A stretch of 64,000 nucleotides of DNA. Source: an uncultured Chthonomonadaceae bacterium. GTDB taxonomy: Bacteria > Armatimonadota > Chthonomonadetes > Chthonomonadales > Chthonomonadaceae. The stretch is from assembly GCA_963835065.1 (NCBI GenBank), contig CAWIEK010000016.1:96001-160000 (forward strand), in the 5' to 3' direction. Shown here in pieces: positions 9,381 to 19,598 of the stretch. A program made the translations under genes and the position numbers. A model generated the notes under the pieces. It was given only the letters and a program-made list of their open reading frames with translations. It searched no databases and was not told the DNA's origin. Numbering within the stretch: position 1 is the first letter of the stretch; every line of letters starts with the position of its first letter.

Positions 9381-11519
9381 TTACGCGCCGAAAAAGTTGT
9401 AGGTGGGCGTGTTGAAAATCAGGCCGAACAACGCCCATACGCTGCCCATGACGCAATCGCCCAGGATCAAGCCTAAAAAGAACGGCAGAAACCACTTGTA
9501 CAGGCGCAGTCCACCGTAGCGCATGGTGACGCCCTTGACAACCCACGCAATCAACAGGGGCAGCCACACCAGATGAATCGCCCACGAGGACGCAAGCGCG
9601 TATCCAATGGGATGGAACGGAAAGCCGTAAAAGCGCACGCGCATGGCGAACAGTCCTAATGTGGTTGCCAGGCCGACGCCCATTGCCGCAGCCGCGCCGG
9701 TGTTAGGACGGCTGTCCAGAGTTCCGCCGGTCCAGCTTGCGGTTCGGGTAAACGCCTGCTGCGCGTGTCCGAACCCCTGCGCGAACTTGGCCGAAGTTCC
9801 CAGCGCGTACGCCTGATGCTCGAACGCCCAAAACGCGCTGAAACTTCCAATCACGGTTGCCAGCATAATCGCCACAAGCATCCGGCGCGAGTTCATGCGC
9901 TTTAGATGCGCCATTTGCAGAGCTTCCAGATCAACGGGCATCGTATCGCTGCGATGGGCGCGCGTCAGCGCGAAACTGAACGTAAAGAACGCCAAATCCG
10001 GCTGCCGAAAACTGTTTGCCGACAGCAGGCGCGGCAGCATGGCATCCGGCCCCATAAAGTGAAAATCGTGCAGGGGAGCGCCCAATTCCGCCCGGATGCG
10101 CGTAATCACCGTGATGGTAGGCAGGTAAATGGCAAAAAACAAACACGCCACCCACCACGCCACCTGCGCCGCCAAACAAAACGCCACCAGCCCCAAAAGC
10201 CCTCCGAACAACCCCAGCAGCGCGGCGCGATCCGTAAGGGCTTCAGTTGATAGTTGATAGTTGATAGTTGATAGATGGCTGTCTTCTGTCTTCTCTTCTT
10301 CTCTTCTCCTTTTCTCCTTTTCTTCCCCTCTCCATGCCCTGCGCCAGATCGCCGCATACGTGCGCCTGCCCGTGTACAGGTAGAAGGCGAACAGGCCCAA
10401 AATACTGCCGAAACCCTGCTCCTTGATATACGGAAAATCGGGTGTGGCGTCCCAGGCCATTGCGCTGGAAATGACCACCTGCGCCTTCCAGAACAGGAAG
10501 AAGAACCAGCAGGAAAACAGCAGGTCGAGCGGCAGCAGGTAGCCTAATCCAATGACGAGCGGGTAGAACGTGACGGGGAACCAGTCAATCGCGCTCCAGG
10601 GCTTGGCGGTGAACAGCGGTTTCAAGTCGGTCACGCCCAGGGGAAGCATGGGCAGGGAGGGGTACAGGTACGCCAAACCGTTCCACAGGCTGAGAAGGGC
10701 GGAAATGGCAAACCCGGCCCACATCAGGCGATTGGCAAAGAAGGCAGGTTCGCGTGGAGTGTTTGCGGCGTTCGATGCGAGCGCGTTCGATGCGAGCGCG
10801 TTAGAAGCGGGCGAGTTGGAAGCGGGCGCGTTGGAAGAGGATGATTTGGAAGCGGGAAGAGTAGGGGAGGAATGGAACGCGGGTGGTGGATCGGTCATTT
10901 GCAGGGGAAGCCAGATGATGGGAAACGTGAGGCGCTCCTGATCCGCCCATTGACGCCGCACCAGAACGTTGATGCAGTTAGCCGTCCACAACAGCAGCGT
11001 GAGAAACCCCGTCCACGCCAGCATGGGAACGATCCAGGCGCGCAGAACAGCGGCCTGATAGAACGTGGAATTGCCCAAATAATGCCCGCGCAGAATGTCC
11101 CGATCCCGCACTACAAGCCAGCCGGGAAAAGCGTCGAGAAAATCCGTCCAATGGTTTGTTTTGCCGAACCACGCGCCATGCGGAATAATCTGGCTGAGAA
11201 TGCCCGCGCCGTCCAGCCCCGCCAATCCCGTCGAAATGGCAAGCATGGTATAAACAGTGAGAAGTTCGGCCTGTACCAACGCCCATTTCGGCGCGACCTT
11301 GCGGCAAATGGCGTTCAATCCGATAAGCACGAACAGCGCGAAAACTACGTTTGCGAACAACGAAAGGGTGGATGGATACGGCCCGAACATCACGCGCTCC
11401 TGCCGCACCATCCAAAACGCATTGAACGGAATCATTACCGCGCCAAGCAAAACGGCGCGAAACGTGATTTGCCCGCTTGAGTGTTCTGCTACATTTTCTA
11501 ATGAAGATGTTGCCGTCAA
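9381..11519 (-). CDS. Polytopic membrane protein (DUF6785/DUF6784-like putative transporter)
   Basis: Many TM segments; RRQWADQERLTFPI, TRIRAELG, FPFHPIGY, RYGG...PFFLGLILGD motifs. Confidence 0.8.
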   Translation of the reverse strand: MTATSSLENVAEHSSGQITFRAVLLGAVMIPFNAFWMVRQERVMFGPYPSTLSLFANVVFALFVLIGLNAICRKVAPKWALVQAELLTVYTMLAISTGLAGLDGAGILSQIIPHGAWFGKTNHWTDFLDAFPGWLVVRDRDILRGHYLGNSTFYQAAVLRAWIVPMLAWTGFLTLLLWTANCINVLVRRQWADQERLTFPIIWLPLQMTDPPPAFHSSPTLPASKSSSSNAPASNSPASNALASNALASNAANTPREPAFFANRLMWAGFAISALLSLWNGLAYLYPSLPMLPLGVTDLKPLFTAKPWSAIDWFPVTFYPLVIGLGYLLPLDLLFSCWFFFLFWKAQVVISSAMAWDATPDFPYIKEQGFGSILGLFAFYLYTGRRTYAAIWRRAWRGEEKEKRRREEEKTEDSHLSTINYQLSTEALTDRAALLGLFGGLLGLVAFCLAAQVAWWVACLFFAIYLPTITVITRIRAELGAPLHDFHFMGPDAMLPRLLSANSFRQPDLAFFTFSFALTRAHRSDTMPVDLEALQMAHLKRMNSRRMLVAIMLATVIGSFSAFWAFEHQAYALGTSAKFAQGFGHAQQAFTRTASWTGGTLDSRPNTGAAAAMGVGLATTLGLFAMRVRFYGFPFHPIGYALASSWAIHLVWLPLLIAWVVKGVTMRYGGLRLYKWFLPFFLGLILGDCVMGSVWALFGLIFNTPTYNFFGA
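10245..10331 (-). repeat. Intragenic composite repeat cassette (GAAGAGAA/GAAAAGGA)n-(CTATCAA)x4
   Basis: In-frame [29 protein letters not shown]. Confidence 0.92.
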
Positions 11520-11612
11520 TTGCTTCCGCCTTGTGGATTAACCGGCGCGAGTGTGTAACGTTGAGGTGATAGCAACGCGCTGACAAGTATCTTAACCCTC
11601 AACCCTCAACAA

Positions 11613-12315
11613 TTAAATTTCTGTCCAAACGCCGTCCGTTCCCAAAACTTCGCAGGGGTGAAAGCGGCGCTTGTAGTTCATGCTTGGGCAGTCGGCTACG
11701 TAATAGCCCAGGTAGCAGTAGGCTTTGCCCATTTGCTGCGCCAACAGCAGCGTTTGCAGAATTAAAAACGTTCCCAGGCTGCGTTCGCGGGCGTCGGGGT
11801 CGTGGTAATGGTAGATGCCCGAAACCACGTTGGGCGTAATGTCGCACAGCATCACGCCGCGCAGAATATCGCCCTCCCAAACCGAAATCTCCACGCCGGG
11901 AAGCGGCCCTTCCACAAACTGCATCGCATAATCTTCCAGGCTGCGCTCACCCTCCGGCCAGCCTTTGCGCTCGGCCTGCGCGTCGTGGTAGCGGTGGTAC
12001 AAATCAAGGTGGGCATTGTCGGCGGCAGGGAGTATATAGCGAACGGTCAGGTCAGCGTTTTGCTTCAAGGCGCGTTTCTGGCTTCTGTCCGGCGCGAAAG
12101 CGCGCGACGGGAATACGTATCGGGCGACACTCCCGGCAATCGGCGCAGACCGGATGAAACACAATGGCTCCAAATTTGCGCCAGCCCTGATTCATGCGCG
12201 TTTCGTATTCTTCGGGCGACAGCCGCGCCACGATCTCATAATCCAGCGTGGCCTGCTGCTCCGGCAGGTACATGCAGGGGTTCGGCCCTTCCGTAAAATG
12301 GTGAAAAACAATCAT
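11613..12315 (-). CDS. Arginyl-tRNA-protein transferase family (bacterial Ate/Bpt); frameshift ~12100
   Basis: CMYLPE, GWRKFG, PVCADCRECRPIR, SLGTFLIL, YLGYYVADCPSMNYK. Confidence 0.9.
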
Positions 12316-12465
12316 GGTAATTTGATAATGACACAAAAATCGCGCTTTCACAAGGCGCGGCTAAACCTCCTGCGCGAAAAAAAATGCTTCTGTATAAAAG
12401 AAAGCAGGAATTTGTACGGGGGCATGGAAATTAAGGATGTAACTTGTTTGAAAGGGAGGATTGAC

Positions 12466-13056
12466 ATGACAACAACATCTCACACTGCCGCGCCGGCTCG
12501 CGTGACCGGCGCGCAACTCGCTCCGAAAGCGCTGGAAGTGGCGCATGGGTTTGCCGCCTCCGGGCTGCGCGAAGCCACCGGGCACAACGACGGGACGCAA
12601 ATTGACAAAATTGAGAAGTTTTTCGGCCTGCAGGGGGAACCGTACTGCGCGATGGGCGTGGCGTTCTGCTACATGAAAGCGTATGCATTCCTGAGCGGAA
12701 AGCCCACCGATGATGCCACGCTGCGCGCCATCTTGGAACACGACATTCCGAATTACTTCTTCCCCTCGCCGTCCTGCGGTTCCCTGATGGATCACGCCAA
12801 AGATCACGGCATCTGGAAGAAATTCACGAGCGCCTCCGGCATCCATCCGGGCGACCTCGTGCTGTTCGCGTTTAAGGAAGGCGCGACCCGCCCGCAGCAC
12901 GTCGGCATTTTCGACCATGCCGAAGACGGGCACGTTGTCTGCGTGGAATTCAACACGGGCGCGGGCGCGGAAGGCAACCAGGCCGACGGGCAGGGCTGCT
13001 TCGTGCGCAACCGCAGCGGGAGCGTGGTGTTGGGCAGCATCAGCGTGAATAAGTAG
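12466..13056 (+). CDS. CHAP/NlpC-P60-like peptidoglycan hydrolase
   Basis: SD GGGAGG; PYCAMGV (catalytic Cys), PGDLVLF, HVGIF, VEFNT. Confidence 0.8.
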   Translation: MTTTSHTAAPARVTGAQLAPKALEVAHGFAASGLREATGHNDGTQIDKIEKFFGLQGEPYCAMGVAFCYMKAYAFLSGKPTDDATLRAILEHDIPNYFFPSPSCGSLMDHAKDHGIWKKFTSASGIHPGDLVLFAFKEGATRPQHVGIFDHAEDGHVVCVEFNTGAGAEGNQADGQGCFVRNRSGSVVLGSISVNK

Positions 13057-13201
13057 GTGTTCGGTGGTTGGGTGTCGGGTATCGGGTGTCGGGTGTTCTA
13101 GCAGTGGGGGAGCGGCGCATATTCCGGCAGGTTTTAATATGCCGCAAGCCTTCCCATACGAACACCCGACACCTGAAACCTGAAACCCGACACCTGAAAC
13201 C
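13056..13201. repeat. Intergenic heptamer inverted arrays (GGGTGTC)n/(CCTGAAA, CCCGACA)n between convergent genes
   Basis: Read directly. Confidence 0.8.
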
Positions 13202-13207
13202 TACTTA

Positions 13208-14903
13208 TTAACGCACCGCAATGCTTTCGGGCCCCTGGAATTGTCCGGGGCCACCGCCGGCGGTTCCAAAGGCGATAAAGTTGGTTCCGGCCATATCATC
13301 TATGCGGACAACTCGAAAATTCAGGTCGTCCACAATGTAAATGCGGTTCTGAGCGTCAACAGCAATGCCTTCGGGCGAATTGAATTGCCCGACGCCGTTC
13401 CCGGAAGTGCCATAGGCGATAAAGTTGGTTCCGCTCATGTCATCTATGCGAACGATGCGGTTGTTGAATTCATCCGCAATATAGATGCGGTCTTGAGAAT
13501 CCAGCGCGATGGCGTAGGGCCGGTTAAACTGTCCCACGCCACTGCCTGCCGTGCCATAAGTGGTGATGTTAGCGCCGGTGATGTTGTCTACGCGCACTAT
13601 TCGGTTGTTGAGTGCGTCCGTGATATAAATACGGTTGCGAGAGTCCAGCGTAACGGTGTTGGGTACGTTGAATTGCCCGCTGCCGCTGCCTGTACTTCCA
13701 AACGATTGGAAGTTGCTCCCGGTCAGATCGTCAATACGCGCCACGCGATTGTTGCCGCTGTCCGCAATATAGATTTGATTCAGCGCATCCACTCCCACGC
13801 CGGAGGGTTGGTTCAATTGCCCGCTTCCACTGCCTGGCGTTCCAAACGTAGTGAAATTGGTTCCACTGATATCGTCCATACGCGCAATGCGGGCGTTGAC
13901 ATTGTCCGCGACATAGATGCGGTTCTGGCTGTCAACGGCAATCTGGCGGGGGAACTGAAATTGTCCGGGTCCGCTGCCCTGCGTTCCAAAGGCAGTGAAG
14001 CTGGTTCCCGTCATATCGTCCATGCGTACAATCGCGGTGATTGAACACATCGGTAATGTAAATAGCGGGCAGAAAGGTGAGGGAGAAACTCTGCGCGACG
14101 CCCGATTCCGGCTCTTTGACAGTGACGGTGACGGTTCCCAACTTACCCGCATTGCGCACTCCAAAGGTACTGCCCGTCTGCGCAAGGGCGGCAATGGCAC
14201 TGTCGGAAACGGTGATTTGCAGGGAATCCAAAGGATAAAGCACAAAATTGCCATCTTTATCCCGCACAGCCGGAGTACCGAAGTATTGCGCAAAACGCCC
14301 GATGGTTCGGTTACTGCCTGGTGGCACATCGAGAGGCAGCACCTGCGTGATGGTGGTTCCCATCGTCAGGCTGCTTTGCGTGGTTTGTCCGTCGGCAATG
14401 GTGAGCGGCACAGTGGCCGTTGCCTGCGCAGGCGTTTGCACGGGCAGGCTCTCGTTGGGCGTGTTCTGCGGTGGAATGTAGTCGGGGTACGCGCTTGCCG
14501 TCGCGTTGTACTGGCCGGGCGGCAGGTTGGCAAACGTCAGCGTGGTCAGCAGCGGGCCGGTGCCAGGGCGTACCGTGTCGCGCGTTGCATACAGGGTCGC
14601 ATTAACATCCGTTCCCCGTATCTGGATGCGGATCACGTTGGCAGCGGCAGGGATCAGGCGCGTACTCTTGCGGGCGGACGGCCACTTGATCGTGAACACG
14701 GCTGCGCCCTTGCCGCTCTTCTTGCTCACAGGCGGCGAACCGCCCCCGCACCCGCACAACAGCAACGACAGCAATAAAGCGATAAGTATACTGACCAGAA
14801 GTCGCGCCTCAACGGAAGACGCCCCCTGCATTTCAACAGACTGCGCCCTCCCTTTGCCTGTTTGTCTCAGCCCCAACATTCTACAACCAATTCTCAAGCG
14901 CAT
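13208..14903 (-). CDS. Lipoprotein with Ig-like domains and NHL beta-propeller (paralog 1); frameshift ~14035
   Basis: LCGC lipobox; six GQFxxPxxIAVDxQNRIYIAD repeats. Confidence 0.85.
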
Positions 14904-15005
14904 TATCTTCTCCAGGCAAAAGCCCATAAGACAAGGAATAAGGGTTAAGGGATAAGGAAAGAAAAAAGAAGAGAATAATTCATCGTTCATCCTTGCTTTT
15001 CAACC

Positions 15006-16613
15006 TTAGCGTACTGCAACGTATTCAGGACCGTTGAACTGCCCGCTTCCGAAGGCGATGAAGCCCGTTCCCGTCATATCATCTATGCGGACAATCCGAT
15101 TGTTGTTGAAATCGGCAATGTAAATGCGGTTTTGGGCGTCGAAAGCAATGCCTACAGGAGTATTCAAGCGTCCTGCGCCGCTGCCGGAAGCGTCGTAGCT
15201 GGTAAAGTTCGTGCCGTTCATATCGTCTATACGCACAATCCGATTGTTACTGCTATCCCCGATGTAGATACGATCCAGAGCATCCACTGCCACTCCGAAC
15301 GGCGCGTTAAACTGTCCCCTGCCACTGCCGGAAGCATCGTAACTGGTAAAATTGGCGCCGGTGATGTTGTCAATGCGGACAATTCGGTTGTTAGCATAAT
15401 CCGCAATATAAATGCGATTCAGAGAATCCAGAGCGACGTCAACGGGATCGTGAAACTGTCCACTCATGCTGCCCCCGGAGCCGAATGTCTGGAAGTTAAT
15501 CCCGGTGAAATCGTCAATTCGTACCATGCGACTGTTGCTGGTATCCCCAATGTAGATGTGGTTCTGCGGGTCTACGGCGACGCCGTAGGGATTGCGAAGC
15601 TGTCCTGGCGCGCTGCCTAGCGTTCCATACGTGGTGAAATTGGTTCCACTGATGTTGTCCATGCGGACGATGCGGTTGCTGTCATTGTCCGCAACATAAA
15701 TGCGGTTCTGGCCGTCAATGGCAAGCTGTCGCGGGGTTTGGATTTGTCCGGTCCCGCTGCCGACATTTTGATACGCGGTGAAGTTGGTTCCAATCATGTC
15801 GTCCATGCGGACAAGGCGGTGGTTGTTCCTGTCGGAGATATAAATGGCGGACAGAAAGGTGAGGGAGAAACTCTGTGTTACGCCCGACTCCGGCTCTTTG
15901 ACAGTGACGGTGACGGTTCCGAGTTTACCCGCATTGCTGATGGCGAACGTTCCGCTGCCGCTGACACTGGCGATGTTGCTGTCGGATACGGTGACTTGCA
16001 GCGAACCGACAAGCACCATATTGCCGACGTTGTCTCTGGCAATCGGCGTCAGGCTAAACGGCGTAAAACGCCCGATTGTCTGGCTGCTGTTGGCCGGTAT
16101 GGCAGAAGGAAGCACCTGCGTGATGGTGGTTCCCATTGTCAGGCTGCTTTGCGTGGTCTGTCCGTCGGCAATGGTGAGCGGCACAGTGGCCGTTGCCTGC
16201 GCAGGCGTTTGCACGGGCAGGCTCTCGTTGGGCGTGTTCTGCGGTGGAATGTAGTCGGGGTACGCGCTTGCCGTCGCGTTGTACTGGCCGGGCGGCAGGT
16301 TGGCAAACGTCAGCGTGGTCAGCAGCGGGCCGGTGCCAGGGCGTACCGTGTCGCGCGTTGCATACAGGGTCGCATTAACATCCGTTCCCCGTATCTGGAT
16401 GCGGATCACGTTGGCAGCGGCAGGGATCAGGCGCGTACTCTTGCGGGCGGACGGCCACTTGATCGTGAACACGGCTGCGCCCTTGCCGCTCTTCTTGCTC
16501 ACAGGCGGCGAACCGCCCCCGCACCCGCACAACAGCAACGACACCAGCAACAGCAGCGTCAGCGGTACGCCCAAAAACAGTCGCGCCCGCATGTAAATTG
16601 TACAAAGACGCAT
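15006..16613 (-). CDS. Lipoprotein with Ig-like domains and NHL beta-propeller (paralog 2)
   Basis: LCGC lipobox; NHL repeats; N-terminal domain identical to paralog 1. Confidence 0.9.
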   Translation of the reverse strand: MRLCTIYMRARLFLGVPLTLLLLVSLLLCGCGGGSPPVSKKSGKGAAVFTIKWPSARKSTRLIPAAANVIRIQIRGTDVNATLYATRDTVRPGTGPLLTTLTFANLPPGQYNATASAYPDYIPPQNTPNESLPVQTPAQATATVPLTIADGQTTQSSLTMGTTITQVLPSAIPANSSQTIGRFTPFSLTPIARDNVGNMVLVGSLQVTVSDSNIASVSGSGTFAISNAGKLGTVTVTVKEPESGVTQSFSLTFLSAIYISDRNNHRLVRMDDMIGTNFTAYQNVGSGTGQIQTPRQLAIDGQNRIYVADNDSNRIVRMDNISGTNFTTYGTLGSAPGQLRNPYGVAVDPQNHIYIGDTSNSRMVRIDDFTGINFQTFGSGGSMSGQFHDPVDVALDSLNRIYIADYANNRIVRIDNITGANFTSYDASGSGRGQFNAPFGVAVDALDRIYIGDSSNNRIVRIDDMNGTNFTSYDASGSGAGRLNTPVGIAFDAQNRIYIADFNNNRIVRIDDMTGTGFIAFGSGQFNGPEYVAVR

Positions 16614-16652
16614 GATCTCCTCCAGAAAGCTGCTTTAGAAAAAAAGAGACAG

Positions 16653-16951
16653 AAAAAAGAGCAAAACAACGCCAAAAACGTGAACCTTTTGCCCAACTGG
16701 CGCTGTCTAAACAGTAATACAAACGTCTACTATACAGAGACGAAGGTTGAACGTTGGTAGTTCCTATCAACTATCAACTATCAACTATCAACTCAGGAAG
16801 GGAGGTGCCAGTCCTATGTTTCACCCCTCCCGTTCGCCTTGATGCTGCTGAGGCCACGACGCCTCACTCCTACAACCTGACACAACGAGACATCGGGCTG
16901 GAAGCGCTGCATTGCCAAGATTTCGACGATGACTCTACATACTCTTTTTCT
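16653..16951 (+). repeat. ~300 bp duplicated unit, copy 1: ECF-like promoter, (CTATCAA)x4, SD and small ORF(s)
   Basis: Homologous to 50907-51203; 69 bp core 16725-16793 identical. Confidence 0.9.
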
Positions 16952-16962
16952 ACCTGAGAGCC

Positions 16963-17072
16963 TCTCCCAACAGGCGCAGCATTTGCGTCTTGCGGACGCG
17001 GCAATCTTCCTACAGAGTTGCGTCCGCAGGACGCTTGTACTTTCCTGCCGGGGATTGAAAATCCCCGGCCAA
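16963..17072. repeat. REP-like family A, 110 bp copy
   Basis: Matches 8818-8927. Confidence 0.9.
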
Positions 17073-17123
17073 CAGGTGTACTTCCTGCCGGGAATTTCAA
17101 TCACCAACCACCAGCCACCAATC

Positions 17124-18257
17124 CTAGTTCACGTTGATACTCGCGTTGCCGCCCAGCACCTGTATGGTTGCGTCGGCATGTTGCGTACTGTCAAATTTGC
17201 TCGAGACGCGCACATGAAACGTGCCGCGCGCAGTCGGCGGCGTATAAAGGCCGCCGTATCGGCCTGTAGAGGGATCGCTCAAAACTTGCGTAATGGTTCC
17301 TCCGTCAGCGCTCCATGTCACGCCTCCAGCGCTGCCGGCGGCGTCGCCTTGCAGCTGTACCGCAAAGTTAATCTGGGGCGGGGGGTTGGGGGGCGAATAT
17401 ACCGGAGTGGTCGCAGATGTTGGACTCAAGGTAATACCTGGAACCACGTGAACCAATCCCGTGATACTAAAAGTCGGATCACTGCTGTTGGTGGAGAGTG
17501 TTAGCAGCGCAGTAATGGTAACATCCCCGGCATGAACAGGAACGAGAGTAGCCACATTATGGAGCGTGGTGACATTGACAGCATCACTGCCGGACGGGGT
17601 GAAGGTAAAAGCGCCATCCGCTACCGGAACCACGCTCGTGCCTGCCGCGTCGCTATACGCGGCTGCCGTGACACTCCCGTTGCTTCCCCCCACAACCAGG
17701 CCCGGCTGGTTCGAAAATGATTTAATTTGGACAATGTTGGTTTGCGGCGTAATGGAGAACTTTGTGTCCATGTCTGCCTGGATTGTCTTTTTAAGTTGGG
17801 CCTGCAGCGTCACCGGGGAGTTACCGTCGTATTCCGTTACAAACACCATTGTATCCCCCGTAGGCAGTACAAAGGTGTGGGCAGGATTTTGCCGGGTCAC
17901 GCTGAACATTTGCTGACCGCCCTGTGAGTCCTGAACGGCAATATCAATGTGGGTGGCATTGACCGGGATCAAGCGCCCGCCGGACGCCCCTGCTTGTTTG
18001 GAGGCGGCGCTGCTGCCGACGCCAACGGAGGGTTGGTAAGCGGGCCAATTCACCACCACTTGCAGCCTGCCGGTTTGCCGCGTGGAACTGGCGGCAGAGT
18101 TCGCGCCCCCGCCGCAGCCGCTCACAAGCGTCATCGGCAGCAGCAGCAGTCCGCAGCGCGGCAAAATGGAAGCGCGGGAACGGCGAACGCGGCGGAACCT
18201 GCCCGCAGGGATGGAAGGCAAAAACCGGGCAGACGAAAGAACAGCATTGAAGTTCAT
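17124..18257 (-). CDS. Ig-like domain lipoprotein
   Basis: VSGC lipobox; VNWP...RLIP motif; C-terminal VTWS...GLYTPP Ig domain. Confidence 0.8.
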   Translation of the reverse strand: MNFNAVLSSARFLPSIPAGRFRRVRRSRASILPRCGLLLLPMTLVSGCGGGANSAASSTRQTGRLQVVVNWPAYQPSVGVGSSAASKQAGASGGRLIPVNATHIDIAVQDSQGGQQMFSVTRQNPAHTFVLPTGDTMVFVTEYDGNSPVTLQAQLKKTIQADMDTKFSITPQTNIVQIKSFSNQPGLVVGGSNGSVTAAAYSDAAGTSVVPVADGAFTFTPSGSDAVNVTTLHNVATLVPVHAGDVTITALLTLSTNSSDPTFSITGLVHVVPGITLSPTSATTPVYSPPNPPPQINFAVQLQGDAAGSAGGVTWSADGGTITQVLSDPSTGRYGGLYTPPTARGTFHVRVSSKFDSTQHADATIQVLGGNASINVN

Positions 18258-18536
18258 GGCGATCAGGACACCCTTCCGGCATTGACATGCCCACAAACAT
18301 TTCGGAAGACAAAAAATCGCAGGACGAAAAAAAGAGGGAACCGGAAAATAATTCACCTGTATTTTATACCGTTTTCCTCGTTTTTACGCTATAATGGAAA
18401 AAATTATTTTCTGATGTCTACCCAATGCCTCCTGTTTTTTACTGCGTCGTTGCGGTTTTTGACGCAGTACGACAGTTTTGACCCATTTCCGCACTGCTTT
18501 CGCCCTCCCATCCATCCGGCGAGGCTGGAGAACAAG

Positions 18537-19598
18537 ATGCGCCCTGCGTTTCGACTTCTGCTTTTGTTAAACATGATTTGCTTCGGCGTCGCAGCGCTGT
18601 CGGGCTGCACCAACGACACCAGTTCGTCCGCCGGGCTTGTGACCCGCGCCGTCACCTTTCGAATCCAGTGGGGAGCCACGCCTTCCCTTGATCAGACCGG
18701 TCCGGCTGGCGTTCTGACCGCTCCCTCGCAAGCGCGTTCCGCCTCGCTGAAGTTGCTGCAAGCCAACCCCGATCTTTCGGATCTCACTTTTTCCGCCGAG
18801 CGCGACCTGACGCCGGCGACGCTGAATCAAACCCCCCCACAAAATTATCAGGTTCCTTCGGCTGTTCGGGTCGGGTCGCTGGTGTTGGTTGCCACTTTCT
18901 ACGAAAAGCCTGACCCCACCGCGCCCGGCAATACGCCCATCGGCATGCTGACCACCACGCATACCGTGATGGCAAACACGTCCAACACCATTGTCATCAA
19001 TACGATCAATCCGCCTGCCAGCATTGTAATCGCGAAAAACCAGAGCGTCCTTGCCAATGGCAAGCCGAACGCGCTGATGTTCACCCCATTTAATATGGAC
19101 GGTGAACCCGCTCCCCTGAACCTGCTTTCGGATGCGGTCAATATCGCGGTCACGGCGGGCAATGGCTATCTGAGCGTGGACTCGAACAATATGATTTTAG
19201 GGCTGTCTTCCGGCGTCGCCACCGTGGTTGTCACCGTGACAACCACGACGGCATCGGGGAAAGTTCCCTTGTCCAGTACGCCTGAACTCGTGACGGTCAA
19301 CCCGAACATTGTCGTCAGCATTGACCCGCCGCCCGGACCGATTCCCGTGAAAATCGGCACTTACCAGTTCACAGCCCACGTAACCACAGTGGATAAAACC
19401 CCTCCCTCCAAAACCAATGTGACCTGGTCGGTGCAAGGGGGATCGCTCGGCACGATTGACCTGAATTCCGGCTTGTATACGGCCCCGGCCACAGCGGGCA
19501 AATATACTGTCATCGCCACAAGCCAGGCCGATACGGGGCAGACCGCAACGGCAGCCATTACAGTCGAGGGAGGAAGCGGCAATGTCATCATTCAGTAA
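18537..19598 (+). CDS. Ig-like domain lipoprotein
   Basis: LSGC lipobox; VTWSV...GLYTAP Ig domain. Confidence 0.8.
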   Translation: MRPAFRLLLLLNMICFGVAALSGCTNDTSSSAGLVTRAVTFRIQWGATPSLDQTGPAGVLTAPSQARSASLKLLQANPDLSDLTFSAERDLTPATLNQTPPQNYQVPSAVRVGSLVLVATFYEKPDPTAPGNTPIGMLTTTHTVMANTSNTIVINTINPPASIVIAKNQSVLANGKPNALMFTPFNMDGEPAPLNLLSDAVNIAVTAGNGYLSVDSNNMILGLSSGVATVVVTVTTTTASGKVPLSSTPELVTVNPNIVVSIDPPPGPIPVKIGTYQFTAHVTTVDKTPPSKTNVTWSVQGGSLGTIDLNSGLYTAPATAGKYTVIATSQADTGQTATAAITVEGGSGNVIIQ

